Shown here: in pieces, positions 10,685-22,459 of the stretch
Layout of the letters: each line of letters begins with the position of its first letter
Position numbering within the stretch: position 1 is the stretch's first letter
Assembly: GCA_951406725.2 (NCBI GenBank)
Contig: OX597831.1
Span: 53,320,001 to 53,384,000, forward strand
DNA from: Octopus vulgaris
Lineage: Eukaryota
Direction: 5' to 3'
Length of the DNA stretch: 64,000 nucleotides
Made by a program: the position numbers and the translations under genes
The notes under the pieces: model-generated
Databases searched by the model: none
The model's input: the letters and a program-made list of their open reading frames with translations, nothing else
What the model was told of the DNA's origin: nothing

Positions 10685-11285
10685 TTAATATTTTAGCATT
10701 CAGATTATTCTATCAAATGTAATAATGATAATAATAATAATAATGATGAAATTATTGTATACAGTGCTCAGGTGCACCACAACTTGTCAAAAGTACATAT
10801 AAAGTATATGCATTAATGTACAAATGTCTGGGAAGTGAACAGTGTATGAGTCAGATACGTGCTTGCGTGTGTATGGAGGGGAGAAAATCAGGTGTAGTGT
10901 TGGCGAATCTCAGGAAGCATGGAAGTTTTGAAGGATGCAGTGATCCGACAACTAACTACTGATGCCAGCAGTCTGTTCCATGCTTCAGCAACGGAACGCT
11001 TACCGTGAAAAAATGTTTCCAAAAGTAATGGGAGCTGTGCTGTTTTCTGACTTTGTAAACATGTCCACGGGTGTTAGACAGGTGGAGTTTGTAATGCTTA
11101 TTGACTAACATTGTTTTGCATTAATCATGCATTAATGTTGGAACTTTGAGATTTCAATAATGCGATTGTATACTTTTAGAATGACATTCTAGGGTAGGTG
11201 TGAGAAGCCAAATCTGACCGGTTTGAACATAAAACAAGTAGAATATTTTAGCTGGACATGGTTGGTTTAAATGCTAAAGGGTTAA
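10685..11285. mobile_element. piggyBac-like MITE copy split by the CR1 insertion
   Basis: tttagcattc ... aatgctaaagggTTAA; same family as 33753-33973. Confidence 0.7.
10724..11089 (-). mobile_element. 5'-truncated CR1/L2-type LINE 3' end with (TTA)n tail, inserted into a MITE
   Basis: Minus strand encodes NTRGHVYKVRKQ...KHFF...AEAWNRL.ASVV...SFKT, the typical CR1-group ORF2 C-terminus; flanked by duplicated tgtaat. Confidence 0.8.
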
Positions 11286-11394
11286 ACTATTCAACTACAG
11301 TAGCAATGACCATTTTGAATATTCTTCAGAAGCACTAATACCAATTAGAAGTCAACATCTCACAACATAAAAATAAATTTATTCAACTCATATA

Positions 11395-11830
11395 CCTAAC
11401 CACCATAAGGTCCAGTCCTTGTTGGGGAGTGTTTGCTTATGTGCCTCAATATCTCTGAGAACTATACCAGCAGAATGCAAGCTGTTGGTAGGGTTTCTCA
11501 TGCTGGACAGGTCAAAGGATAGAGACCAGACTAACATGTACCACCTCTTCCCAGAGGTAAACATGGGTTTGTGCTGGGCCAACATCCCTACCTAGAAAGA
11601 AGCAAGAGTTTCAGAAGCATTGATGACAATTCAAAATCAGCAAGACCTGGGAGAGGAAGTCCTTCCTTCAGGGAAACATGACATGTTGCAGCAAAATCCC
11701 AAAATTGAGCTGCAAGAAGCATGGATCCTACTAAAAGGAAGCAAAAATGACAGCCCAAAGTTGAGAAATGGAGAAAAGTCATCAATGACCAATACTTTAC
11801 AGGAAACAAAGGACCTAAGTAAGTCATGTA
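11395..11830 (+). mobile_element. Possible decayed non-autonomous RTE-derived element
   Basis: ggtagggtttctcatgctggacaggtcaaaggatagagaccagac resembles RTE-clade 5' UTR sequence; recognition only. Confidence 0.3.
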
Positions 11831-11900
11831 CCAAGAATTAGAATGTAAAATTTCTAAGCTTTTTTTTTTGTGTTGTTATTACTAAGTCATTTTTACTTAC

Positions 11901-12249
11901 AAAGTGTAATAACATCAAGGTTATCCCATTCAGTTTCAGCAGTAGATGTATCAGTATTGAAATAATGTTTTCCTTCTTCAACCTGGCCTGTTTGAAGTAT
12001 ATATGATCCAGAACCTCCCTGAATATGCAGAGGTTCTTTATTAGCTGGAACATGTTTGTCTGTTGCCTTAATTAATGCTGTGGGTTGTTCTAAAGTGATG
12101 TCAGCAGATAGAGAATTTTGCACTACAGTCTCAGACAAGTTGCTGTCTTGTGCAGATGGAAAGTCAGTAGGAAAAATGTCTGAATCTTGTAGTGGAAAAG
12201 AGTCTTGGGTGTTTGGTTTTGAAAATAATTTTTCTATATTAGGAGATAT
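11901..12249 (-). CDS. ELMOD3: ELMOD3 coding exon 2 (ISPNIEK...TEWDNLDVITL)
   Basis: Acceptor ttcatatttag, donor T|gtaagt; 349 nt open reading, phase 0 to 1. EWDNLDVI resembles the EEWEAVDTI segment of vertebrate ELMOD3. Confidence 0.8.
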
Positions 12250-12630
12250 CTAAATATGAAAATAATAGCAACAATAGATTATTTTAATTAAATTCATTAA
12301 ACACTACAAAGATATATTTATAAAAATAAACATACAGAAATTATTCAAATGCAGACCATACATAATTATCGTAGATTAAGAATGGAACTGACACAATATC
12401 CAATAAAGATATTTTTATTCTATAGAATTAGTAGATTAGAATCTTAGAATCTTACCTGTAGTTATTGATCTTTAATGAAAATTGATAAATTAGGATATTA
12501 TTTGTAATATCAAATTCACCTAGAATATATACAGTATTTTAGAAAGCAAAGTCAGTTTCAAAAGAATCTACTTTCCCTAATTATTTGCAATATTTACTTT
12601 ACTTGTTGATTAATAATTTCTGGTATGTAT

Positions 12631-13047
12631 ATTCTTTTATTCTTTTACTGGATTCAGTCATTTAACTGCAGCCATGCTGGAGCACCACCTTAAAGGGTTT
12701 TAGTTGAAGAAATCAACCCCAGGACTTATTCTTTGCAAGCCTAATACTTATTCTATCTGTCTCTTTTGCTGAATCACTAACTTATGGGGATATAGACACA
12801 CCAGCATCGGTTGTCAAGTGATAGATGAGGGCGTGGGGGGGGGGGGGGACAAACACATATATACACAAAATAATACACAAATACATACACATATATATAT
12901 GATGGGCTTCTTTCAGTTTCTTTCGACCAAATCCACTGACAAGGCTTTGGTCAGCCCAAGGCTATAGGAGAAAACACTTCCCCAAGGTGCAATGAAGTGG
13001 GACTGAACCCAGAACCATGTGGTTGGGAAGCAAGCTTCTTACCACAC
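12631..13047 (-). mobile_element. SINE family A copy
   Basis: Collinear with the other family A copies. Confidence 0.8.
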
Positions 13048-13226
13048 ACACAAACAGTATGTGTGTGATCATAATGTAGAATATATTTCGTTTTTGGATT
13101 TGGTTTGCAAGATTCTTTATATGAGTTCGTGTGTTGAAGCATATTCTGTTGTGTCTGGGGAGAGTCATTTTCTTTTTGTGCCTTATAATTTAACACACTC
13201 ACCAGTAGAATTTCCACTTCTTTCTT

Positions 13227-13339
13227 ATTTTTATTTTCCTAAAATTTTCGTTGTGTCTTGCAACCTTTTCCTCACCATCACCAGTCAAGACTATTGAAAA
13301 GGTTGCAAGATACAATGAAAATTTTAGGAAAATAAAAAT
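13227..13339. repeat. Inverted repeat, ~44-bp arms, 25-nt loop
   Basis: tttattttcctaaaattttcgttgtgtcttgcaaccttttc versus gaaaaggttgcaagatacaatgaaaattttaggaaaataaa. Confidence 0.85.
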
Positions 13340-13674
13340 TTGCTTATTGCAAATCAGTGACTGATGGTCACTTTGTTTACAATATATTATTAGTGGTAGC
13401 AGACCCTGGTTATCGCTCTGGCGTATGGGTGCTCACGGCTGTGGATGAGCCAAAAGGCTCAACTGAGTCAGTTTCATAATCCTGTTATCCGCTAGAAGGT
13501 AGTAGGGATTTGCTCCCCCTGCTAAAAATATATTGCATATATCAGTACAGAGTGTTGCACTGATAACCAGCTGGCAGAGAATCTGCCTGGGGTTAAACTA
13601 GTAGTAACATTCAACAACCACTTTGATGTGGTAACTGGCTTTATCATCATTATTATTATTATTATTATGAATTA

Positions 13675-14097
13675 AGGTGGCAAGCTGGCAGAACTGTTAA
13701 TATATTGGGCAAAATGCTTAGCAGCATTCCATCTGTCTTTGTGTCTGAGTTCAAATTCCACTGAGGTCGACTTTGCCTTTTGTCCTTTCAGGGTCGATGA
13801 TGAAATTGACTAGCTCTCACCTCCAAAATTTCAGGCCTTGTGCCTATAGTAGAAAGCTTTATTATTATTATGAATAGTGTAAAGGTGGCGAGCTGACAGA
13901 AACATTAGCATGCTGGGCAAAATGCTTAGTAGTATTTCGTCTGTCTTTATGTTCCGAGTTCAAATCCCACCAAGGTCGACTTTGCCTTTCATCCTTTCAG
14001 GGTCGATAAATTAAGTACCAGTTGTGTACCAAGGTCGATCTAATTGACTGGTTCCTCCCCAAAAGTTTCGGGCCTTGTGGATAGAGTGGAAAAGATT
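13675..14097 (+). mobile_element. Two tandem tRNA-headed SINEs with a Meta-SINE-like core
   Basis: ggtggcragctggcagaa...gagttcaaat...ggtcgactttgcctttcatcctttcagggtcgataaattaagtaccag; (ATT)n tails. Confidence 0.8.
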
Positions 14098-14327
14098 ATG
14101 AATAGAGCAAGCTAATGAATTGTTATGATAAAGTTAAAGAAGAGAAAATAAAACAATGAAAAAATAATCAACAAAATAAACAAATAAGGAAGCTACCACC
14201 AAAAGAATTGCTTTTTTTTTCATATTTCTCTCAGTGTGTTTCTGAACTAAAAATATTACCCAACCCTCCATAAAGAAAAAGATACCTTGATACATTGTAT
14301 TTTATAGAAGAAGATTTAATAACTTAC

Positions 14328-14540
14328 TTTTGATATGGATTTGATTTCATCTCTTTCAGAAAATAGGATATCATCAGGTGAGATAACATTAAAATCATCA
14401 TCATTATCGTTGACACCATTATCATCACCATCACCAGTAATATGAACAACAATGTCATCATCATCATCATCATCTCCATTATCATTACTACCAGTTTTAT
14501 CATCACAGTAGTCATACTTTGAAGAATTCATGCCAGACAT
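14328..14540 (-). CDS. ELMOD3: ELMOD3 coding exon 1 (Asp-rich N-terminus, 71 codons)
   Basis: Acceptor ttatttcatcag lies directly before ATG; donor AAA|gtaagt. The exon is 213 nt with a phase-0 end and joins the next exon in frame. There is no homology support for this exon itself; it is assigned by frame continuity. Confidence 0.7.
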
Positions 14541-14654
14541 CTGATGAAATAAGGATTGTTTTCATAATGAAACTTGAAACATTTTCCAACTTTGAATTCA
14601 ATGAAAATATAAAACTATTAGTGTCTCAATTATAAAGTTTAAGGTTCTTTAATA

Positions 14655-14995
14655 AGAGGAGATCCTGGCATTCTGCCTGTTACAATGACAAGGGTTCCAG
14701 TTGATCTAATGGAATGGCCTGCTCATGAAATTAATGTGCAAGTGGCTGAGCACTCCACAGACACACGTACCCTTAACATAGTTCTCAAAGAGATTCAGTG
14801 TGACATAGAATGTGACAAGGATGTCTCTTTGAAATACGGGTATTACTCAATTTTGCCAGCTGAGTGGATTGGGTGGGTGAGGGAGGAAACATGAAATAAA
14901 GTGTCTTGCTCAAGGACAAAAGGAGCAGCTGGGTATTGAACACACGATCTTCTAATCATAAGCCAAATATTCTAACCATAAGCTATGCTCCTTCA
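14655..14995 (-). mobile_element. tRNA-derived SINE of a further family
   Basis: Minus-strand head tgaaggagcatagcttatggttag..gttcaatacc, then ccttgagcaagacactttatttc..ccactcagctggcaaaa. Confidence 0.65.
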
Positions 14996-16079
14996 TTATA
15001 AGAGGAGACAAAGTATTAGGGACTCCCTACGCATAATACCCAATGAAGCATTCAAAAGTGATGCTGCTCAGTACCATGGTCCATTTGGTTGTATACTATT
15101 TAGAGGAATAATTCTTAAAGAGTTATGAAGACATCTTTTACACTTATGAAAGGTTAAATGAAATGTAAAATGTTCATGAATATGTTATACAATGTATTAT
15201 AGGCAAAATAAGGGCTACAGACAGTGTGAGGTGGGGGGGTGGGGTGGATGGAGGTTTTGGTCTGACGATTTGCATACCCAGAGAAAGTGCACGTGTAATA
15301 CACAGCTTCTTCTTTTGCCAGTGTTGTAAACGCTGCGTAACCACTTTCTGGTTTGTTAGATGAGAGGCCAATAGAAATGGTCTCTCCTATATTATGATGA
15401 TCCTAGCAACACTTTCTTGTCGGTGAACCCCAGTTTCTACAGACCTTGTCATATCTTAGCATGATAAAGTATCTGGAGGTATAAATGGGTTGATTGGACA
15501 CAACCTTACTTGGCAATCAGCCTAAGATAAGGACGACTCTAACTTCAAACTGGGGCACATGCAACTCACTAGCCTCGTCAGATCACTTACATAGAAAACA
15601 GAAACTCCGACATAACACCAACAATTCAGGGATCTTGTCATCGTCTAGCTCACTGGGTCACGCAAGATGGACTGGGTCAGCACCGTACACGTTGCTCTCC
15701 TACTAAAAAAAATTCACAGCACAAGCCAAAGGACACATCCACGTCTACATTCACCCTCTTTGACCATTGAATAAGTTCTGTGGTGATGGGAAAGGAACAA
15801 TGGGAAGGTGAAGGAGAAAAGGCTGATGAAAGGTGACATTGGAAGCCGCAGTCTTGATCCTTCATGCAGGTGATTCAGAGTTTTGTGTCGATAGATGTTG
15901 ACCCAGAAACGACATCCTCTGACAGCTCACAGAACAACGAAGCGACCTTCCCAAAGAACAACACTATTTGCTCCAAATGTAGGAGGGGAACTAAAAAAAG
16001 GAGGCCTAATTAAAGTTAGTTTTCATTCCCCCACCTACTCAGTTGACTGACCGTAGTCAGTAAGTATCGTCAAATGCGA

Positions 16080-17800
16080 TCAAATAGCGACAAACAACCA
16101 GTAAATACATGTTTTTTGTTTAGATGTACAGGAATTAAAACTAGCATTTAGAAACATCAGAACCATGCTCGATACATCAGACAGAGCAATCTCTCAAGAG
16201 GACGTCCTGCTCTGGTCATGCATGAACTTTGAGACTGAATGTTGATACCGTTGCTCTTCATGAAGTTCATTTCCAAGAGGAGAGTAACTTTCAACAACTT
16301 TGTGCTGCCTACATCTTCGACTTTGAGCCAGAGATTGAAAGACACCTTTTTGAGTTGGTTTTATGATCAGGAATACAATTACTTAGAGGCTGGAAAACCT
16401 GCCAATGAATCACCCCGACTGCATAATCTCCAAACGCCTCTCAATTCAAACCGAGTAACATACAACAATCTTCAGTGTTTGCATCCCCAACTCTTCAAGT
16501 AGATACTGCAGGAAAAGTCAAGATTTAGAACAATAACGAACTGCACAACCTAATACGGAACACCTTAAATTCTGTATCTGCTGCTGGGAACAAGGCAAAA
16601 TACCACAAGGTCTTCGCGAAGCAATCATCATCACCTTGTACATGAACAAGGGAGAAAGCCTGACTGCTCCAACTACTGGCGAATAATTTCAACTCTCAAT
16701 TGTAGGGAAAATTTCTTGCAAAAATATTCCTAAACAGGCTCCTTCCAGAGAACTAATGTATATTCAGAACCAACAGGAGGATCACTGATACATATTTGTT
16801 CTTTGGAAGCTCCAAAAGAAATGCAGGGAACAAAATGGGAGACTGTTTAGAGATACTTGTAGATCTTACCAAAGCACTCGATATTGTGAGTAGGAAGAAT
16901 CTGTAATCAATCATGGAACAAGTGAGATGACTCCCAAAATCCCCTAACATAGTCATCTACATGAGGATTGGTATGGTCAAGTCAGACACAGAAACGAATT
17001 CACAAAGCCCTTCCTCCTAGGGAACTGTGTGAAGCAGTGCTGCATCTTCAGGCCTACACTCTTCATCACCTTCACTATGATGCTCGCAGAAGTCACTGAA
17101 GATCTTGATGAAGAGGAGAGTCCCTTAATACGACACTGCACCAATAGCAGCCTGTTCAAACTGAGATGATAGCAGATCGTAGGTTACCTGTCCTTACCAC
17201 CTGAGACTCCTTGAGAGTTTCCAGCAGGGGTCTGTTCTCAACATCGGCACCACTCTCAACATCCACTGGAGTAACAGGTATCAACACCAGCGTTCTCAAA
17301 GAGGTGGGGGTCACCAGTATCGAGGTCACGTTATTAAAGTTACAGCTGCAGTGGGTAGGATATGTTTCAAGAAAGGAGGATCATCGCCTACCTAACACTG
17401 TGCTGTGTATTGAACTCCCCATAGGTCACTGTGACAAAGGTTCACCAAAGAAAAAAAAACAGTACAAGGACATCTCAAAGAAAATTCTTGGCGCTTGTTC
17501 CATTGATCATCGACAGTGGTCTACTATGGTCGCGAATTATGACGTTAGGCGACATCCCATCCACAAATTTGTCTCTTCCCTCGACAATGAATGTAGGGCT
17601 ATCTTTGAGAATAAAACAAAGAAGGGCTATGGCACAGCAACAATCGAGCCCTGAACAAAACTTTCATAATAGATATTGCACCCGGATCTTCCCATTCCCT
17701 GTCAGCCTAGTCAGTCACCAAAGAACCTGCAGTCGTCGTAGACAGCTCCCTTCGTGTACTATAGTTCACGAAGTTAAGCAGCACGATAGTCTATAAGGGC
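16080..17800 (+). mobile_element. Decayed RTE-clade (BovB-like) LINE with internal deletions
   Basis: Endonuclease start ..NIRTMLD (~16155); RT-like LTKALDIVSR (~16865) and VKQ..PTLF (~17030-17065); C-terminal QLQWVGYVSRKEDHRLP..KKQYKD (ORF 17211-17654); many stops and frameshifts. Confidence 0.85.
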
Positions 17801-18151
17801 CACAACTCAACATTTACTGTAAACAAAATCTGAAAAATATTTCCCCATGAAATATATTATGCATTAAATTATTAAAATAAGGCCTCAGGGAAGACTGTTG
17901 ATTTGATGAAAGTTGGGAACCGTTGTCTTACAGAATCGCTCGACCTGCAATAGATAGCAGCAAAAGCTCCTTCGAATCTCTCCCTACAAATGAGAAACAA
18001 TTGGTGCTACTACATGGATCCAAAAACATTTCAGAGTGTCAGAATGATCACCACTATAGTCGTTGATTTCGTAATCATCGTCGTGGTTATCCTCATTACC
18101 ATCACCATCATAGTCGTTGTCGTTTTCACCACCACCACCAACAACAACAGT

Positions 18152-18335
18152 GGAGGCGCAATGGCCCAGTGGTTAGGGTAGCGGACTCGTGGTCGTTAGA
18201 ACGCAGTTTCGATTCCCAGACCGGGCATTGTGAGTGTTTAGTGAGCAAAATCGCCGAAGCTCCATGAGGCTCCCGCGGAGGGGGAGGACCCCGCTGTACA
18301 CTTTCACCACAACTTTCTCTCGCTCTTTCTTCATA
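18152..18335 (+). mobile_element. tRNA-derived SINE, possibly tRNA-Arg(TCG)-related; not a tRNA gene
   Basis: A box tggcccagtggttagg, ggactcg anticodon-like arm and B box gtttcgattccc, followed by a non-tRNA body; no acceptor stem. Confidence 0.65.
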
Positions 18336-18624
18336 CTTCTGCCACAAAGCATAGGAACCATAGTGTAACCCACTATGGTGTGATAAACTTTCAGACCCTA
18401 GTCTAGATTGCAAATCCTCTGTACCCCAGGATGATTCAGCTCTCTACCCGTTAAAAGCCACCGTTTACGGAATAAGGATAACGTAGCTTTCGCGCCCGTG
18501 CAACCGCCAGTCTATCGCGTGTGGTGGGTGGATCTCCAAGTTGCCACACGCATTCTTAGTAGCTTAGAGTAGGCTCGAATTAAGAGATTATTCTTTGTGG
18601 TTAATAGCGTGAGTCCTGATTGGG

Positions 18625-18742
18625 AGAAGAAGAAGAAGAAGAAGAAGAAGAAGAAGAAGAAGAAGAAGAAGAAGAAGAAGAAGGAGAAGAAAAGAAGAAG
18701 AGAAGAAGAAGAAGAAGAAGAAGAACAACAACAACAACATCA
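18625..18742. repeat. (GAA)n microsatellite grading into (CAA)n
   Basis: Read directly from the sequence. Confidence 0.95.
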
Positions 18743-19236
18743 TCGAAAGAGCCTTTACGTGTTCGTTTGACCTATTAGAAAAATTACCCTCAAATGGCTG
18801 CAATAAGAAAGGAACACATTTGACAAAGAAGTCTCTGATATACAGAGATATGGTTTGGTTACAGCTGGACCATAAGTGTACTCAAACAGTACATAATTGG
18901 GACAAATCAACAACCACAACAAACCTAACCAGCAATCAGTAAAGTTTCAATATTGTACCCTAAAACTGAATTAAATGGAAATCATAAATAGCTTGTTTTA
19001 TTTATATTAAAATTCATTTAATTTGTTTTCCATCTTAATGTAAATTTGGCAGAAGCTTCACAGATGGAAAGCTTGTGTTTACATCGGAAACTTATTAAAT
19101 AGCGTATAATTTCTGAATACTTAGTGTTAATTAAATATCGTGCACAAGATATATATATACTTATATATTAAAAATACATATGTATATATTGAATAATAAA
19201 TAAAGAGACGGATTTTTTTTAGTTTTGTAAACTTAC

Positions 19237-19335
19237 TATATAGCATAAGTCTGAGTCCACGACTCTATGGCAACTAGATTGCTTCGTATCGTCGTCAGCA
19301 ACAATTGTCAGGGAGACATTTTGACGCTGCTTAAT
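19237..19335 (-). other. ELMOD3: Candidate non-coding first exon of ELMOD3 (upstream boundary approximate)
   Basis: The ATG exon starts with a splice acceptor, so an upstream exon is required. Donor ATA|gtaagt at 19236 lies at the edge of a CpG-containing, non-repetitive promoter-like stretch. Confidence 0.5.
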
Positions 19336-19394
19336 ACAGAAGTAAATATTTCTCTCGCAGCCATTGGTCAAAACTAATTCGGTGTTATGGCAAC
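19261..19394. promoter_or_regulatory. Two RFX X-box-like motifs in the divergent ELMOD3/MRPS18C promoter
   Basis: gactctatggcaac (19261-19274) and ggtgttatggcaac (19381-19394) versus consensus GTTGCCATGGCAAC; both have a perfect ATGGCAAC half-site. Confidence 0.5.
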
Positions 19395-20625
19395 TAGAAT
19401 GTCACAATTAGCTGACTTCAGAGCATTTGTTACAGTTATTATTGTTGTTGTCTCCGGGTCAGCACCAATCCAGCAATTATGTTATAAAAAAAAGGCATAT
19501 TAGCATAGACATCTTCCTTTCTGTATACATTTGCCTACATAAACCGTATCTCAGTATATTGGCTCATCGTTAGAGTGTCAGAGAGACGCAAAAATGGAAG
19601 AAAAGTAAAATGTTTCTAAAAGTTCTGAGTTCAAATCTCGCCGTAGTCAAACTTGTTTTTCGTCCTTATGGGGTCGTTAAAATAAAATTAAGTGGAATTA
19701 TAATAGAAGACAAGATGATATGCTTTTATTTTTATTTAGGTAGTAGGTTGTGATTTCTTGGTGTCTTTTTCTAGATCTGAAACACAGACTTCCCAGCTGA
19801 TGCGTCTCACACGGACACATAAACCTGTTTTAGGGTAGTACTGTTGAAACTTTAGTGGTAGTTATTTAGTCCCAGATTTGTTCTGACTGAGTTGAACTAT
19901 AATAAAATCTCCAGCGTAACCATCCAGTCTTTTTGTATACCAGGGATTACACTATCAAATGTGTTTTATTCGTCTTAAAATGGTAGAGTTTATTTGAGGT
20001 ATTTTAGGTTGCTACATCTAGCAGGTCTCTTTCAGTTTGGGTGGTGGTGTGGTGCTGCTGTTGTTGATGCATCATCATCATTTTTATGGATTGAATAGGA
20101 CTGTTTGAGGCAGTGTTTTACAGTTGTACGCCATTCCTGGCCTTAACCCTTTTAGTTGCCTCACTGCGTTCATAAACGTGGTGTACCTGTTCTAAAAACC
20201 GGGAATACTTTTAATAGATTAAAAGTTAACGAAAGGCAAATAACCAAATGAAAGCGGCTAAATAAACGCGGTAGGGAACTTCTGAATAAACGATCCAATG
20301 AAGAAGCATGGTATGTATGCGGATTAAGTCTACTACCCAAGTAAGCCCCGACAGGATTTGAACTCAAAATGCAAAAGGTTGGAAAAATATCGTAAAGTAT
20401 GTATGACGTTCTTACAGTGCCACCAATTGGTATTTATTTTAGCGAGATTAACTTAAGCGGTAATTGAATATAGAGCATTGATAATTTCTTCTTAAAACGA
20501 CGCAATAATTACATCTTGATTTTTAAGCAAATAAAATTATAATTTAAGGTATGTATTATTAAAAATAGATATTCCTGCACTTGTTCATCATAAACCTATG
20601 TGAGAATATCTCCGCAGCAATTAAA

Positions 20626-20728
20626 ATGGCGCTGTCCAGGACGAACTGCTTAAGGACGACGGGGTTAATTCGTTCTGTAGATTTATTAAGTCGTATTAGT
20701 TCCCCACAGAATTTATTGGAGACTAACA
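20626..20728 (+). CDS. MRPS18C: MRPS18C exon 1 (MALSRTNCLRTTGLIRSVDLLSRISSPQNLLETN, mitochondrial presequence-like)
   Basis: aaaATGGCG start context; Arg/Ser/Leu-rich N-terminus; donor A|gtaagt, phase 1. Confidence 0.85.
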
Positions 20729-22459
20729 GTAAGTGCACTGTTTCTATCTATTCATAAGAATCCATATTTTTAACGCTCCTCTATTTCATTTTGTATTTTG
20801 TCCCTCATATCACTGACTCTGTTGGTAAGGTCAGAGCACCGTGTGTAGATTATAAACAACGAAGTTTATATAATTTATAATTTCTTAGCCCATAAATTGA
20901 TCTTTCATCAAAGTGTAGTACCAGTGAAAGCATTCAATTGATATACTCTGTGTTTCCCCCAAACAAGTTTATAAATGATCTATTTGCCGTTTTCATTTTT
21001 CGCTATGAAATGTGGGTTGTGGTTTTATAAGAATAGGAAGAATAACAACAAAATTGTTGTGAGCATGAGCGTTGTATACAATGCATTGACTATATAATTG
21101 AAGAAATAAAGGTAATACACAATGAAAACCCGATTGGAGTAATCGTAGACAACGACTTGAAATTTAGAAAGCGCTTGGCAGAGAAAATATAAGCAACATG
21201 TTGACTTGAATTATATAGAGTTAATTTCATATTTTATATTCGTAAAATCATAGTAATCCAAAAAGTTTATTTCAATAGATATTTCATAATTATAAGTGGT
21301 ACACACTGCGAACAGCTAGTAAAAAGTTTTGTGCGTTATTGAAGAGTACTTAGGACAGTCTCATAGAGTGTAATAAACTCAATATTGGTGAGGGCGGTTG
21401 AAAGAATATTGGACCATGCCTGGAAGATTAACGCAAAAATTCAAACTAAGGGAGAACTGATGTCAAGGCCTAAGGTTGTCCTATTGAAAAAAACTCATTT
21501 GTGAATCTGGAAAATTCCCTACGAGCACTAATGATCAGTCGTAGTTATTATTAGCCCTAAGTCAACTCTGAGTAAAACTATGTCCAAAGGTATTCCAGCT
21601 GTGACCATGTTCTTTTTAGAGTAACCAAAGACTCACGTTATACGATGTCTTTTTACTTTCTTTTAGAAGGAAGAGTGTAATATGAGGGGTATTTGTTACT
21701 TTTAACATGTTGATGATTTATTTGTTTACATTTTGACTCTTGTAAGTTAGCAGTTCAATTAAACATAATCTTCGACTAACAAAAACAACCCCCCTTAAAA
21801 ACCTCAAAAAACCCCCTTAATCTAGTCAAAAGATATCAGGTCAGCTGTAATGAGGCAATCATATAATAAAAGATATTCCATTTGTACCCATACCAATTTT
21901 TTTTTTTACCCTTTTCAGACAAAAGACAAAACTATTCAATGTGTCCTTTTTGAAGATGTCAGGATGTGATAATCAGGGAGATTTGGTTGCTACTTCATGT
22001 AGGTCAAGTGGTTTTATAGCGAGGGTCCCTCATTGGTTTAAAATGAATGATTTTATTTTATATTTCAGTTGTGATGAGTCAAGCACTTATTATTTTCAAA
22101 ACTGGTAGAATTAAAAAAATTTAAATTAGCTTATATAATATTATCTGTCATTTTTGGAGTTATAAGAGTCGTTTGAGATATTGAAAACAATGTTTGATTT
22201 TTCCAGAGTCCACCAAGTGTTTTAGTTTAGGCAATGATTCTCAAGTTGAGAAATACCAGCTTCATTCACACCTGAAAAAAATTAGTGAATTACTTAAAGA
22301 GAAGAGGCAAAATAACTTCCATTCATCATCATCATTTAGTGTTTGTTTTCCATGCTGGCTCAAATAAGCAACATTGTTTTACAACCTAGCACACATCTAA
22401 AACCTCTTTTTCAGTGCAAATTATAATTACTTTATTATTTCATTTCATTATCTATCTAT

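Noticed and set aside
11588-11841. Overlapping ORFs as further ELMOD3 exons
   Set aside because: Exon 2 ends at a strong donor at 11900; this stretch looks like a decayed retroelement and is not needed for frame.
14324-14515. Met-rich ORF (MMMMMM) as a separate protein
   Set aside because: It is an alternative frame of the (GAT)n-rich ELMOD3 exon; only the Asp frame splices in phase.
15170-15720. Minus-strand remnant of a restriction-like-endonuclease LINE
   Set aside because: Only faint hints (RYDKV, NKPE, KKKLCI) in different frames; too weak to call without a profile search.
18152-18225. tRNA gene
   Set aside because: A and B boxes are present, but there is no acceptor stem pairing or terminator and the sequence runs into a SINE body.
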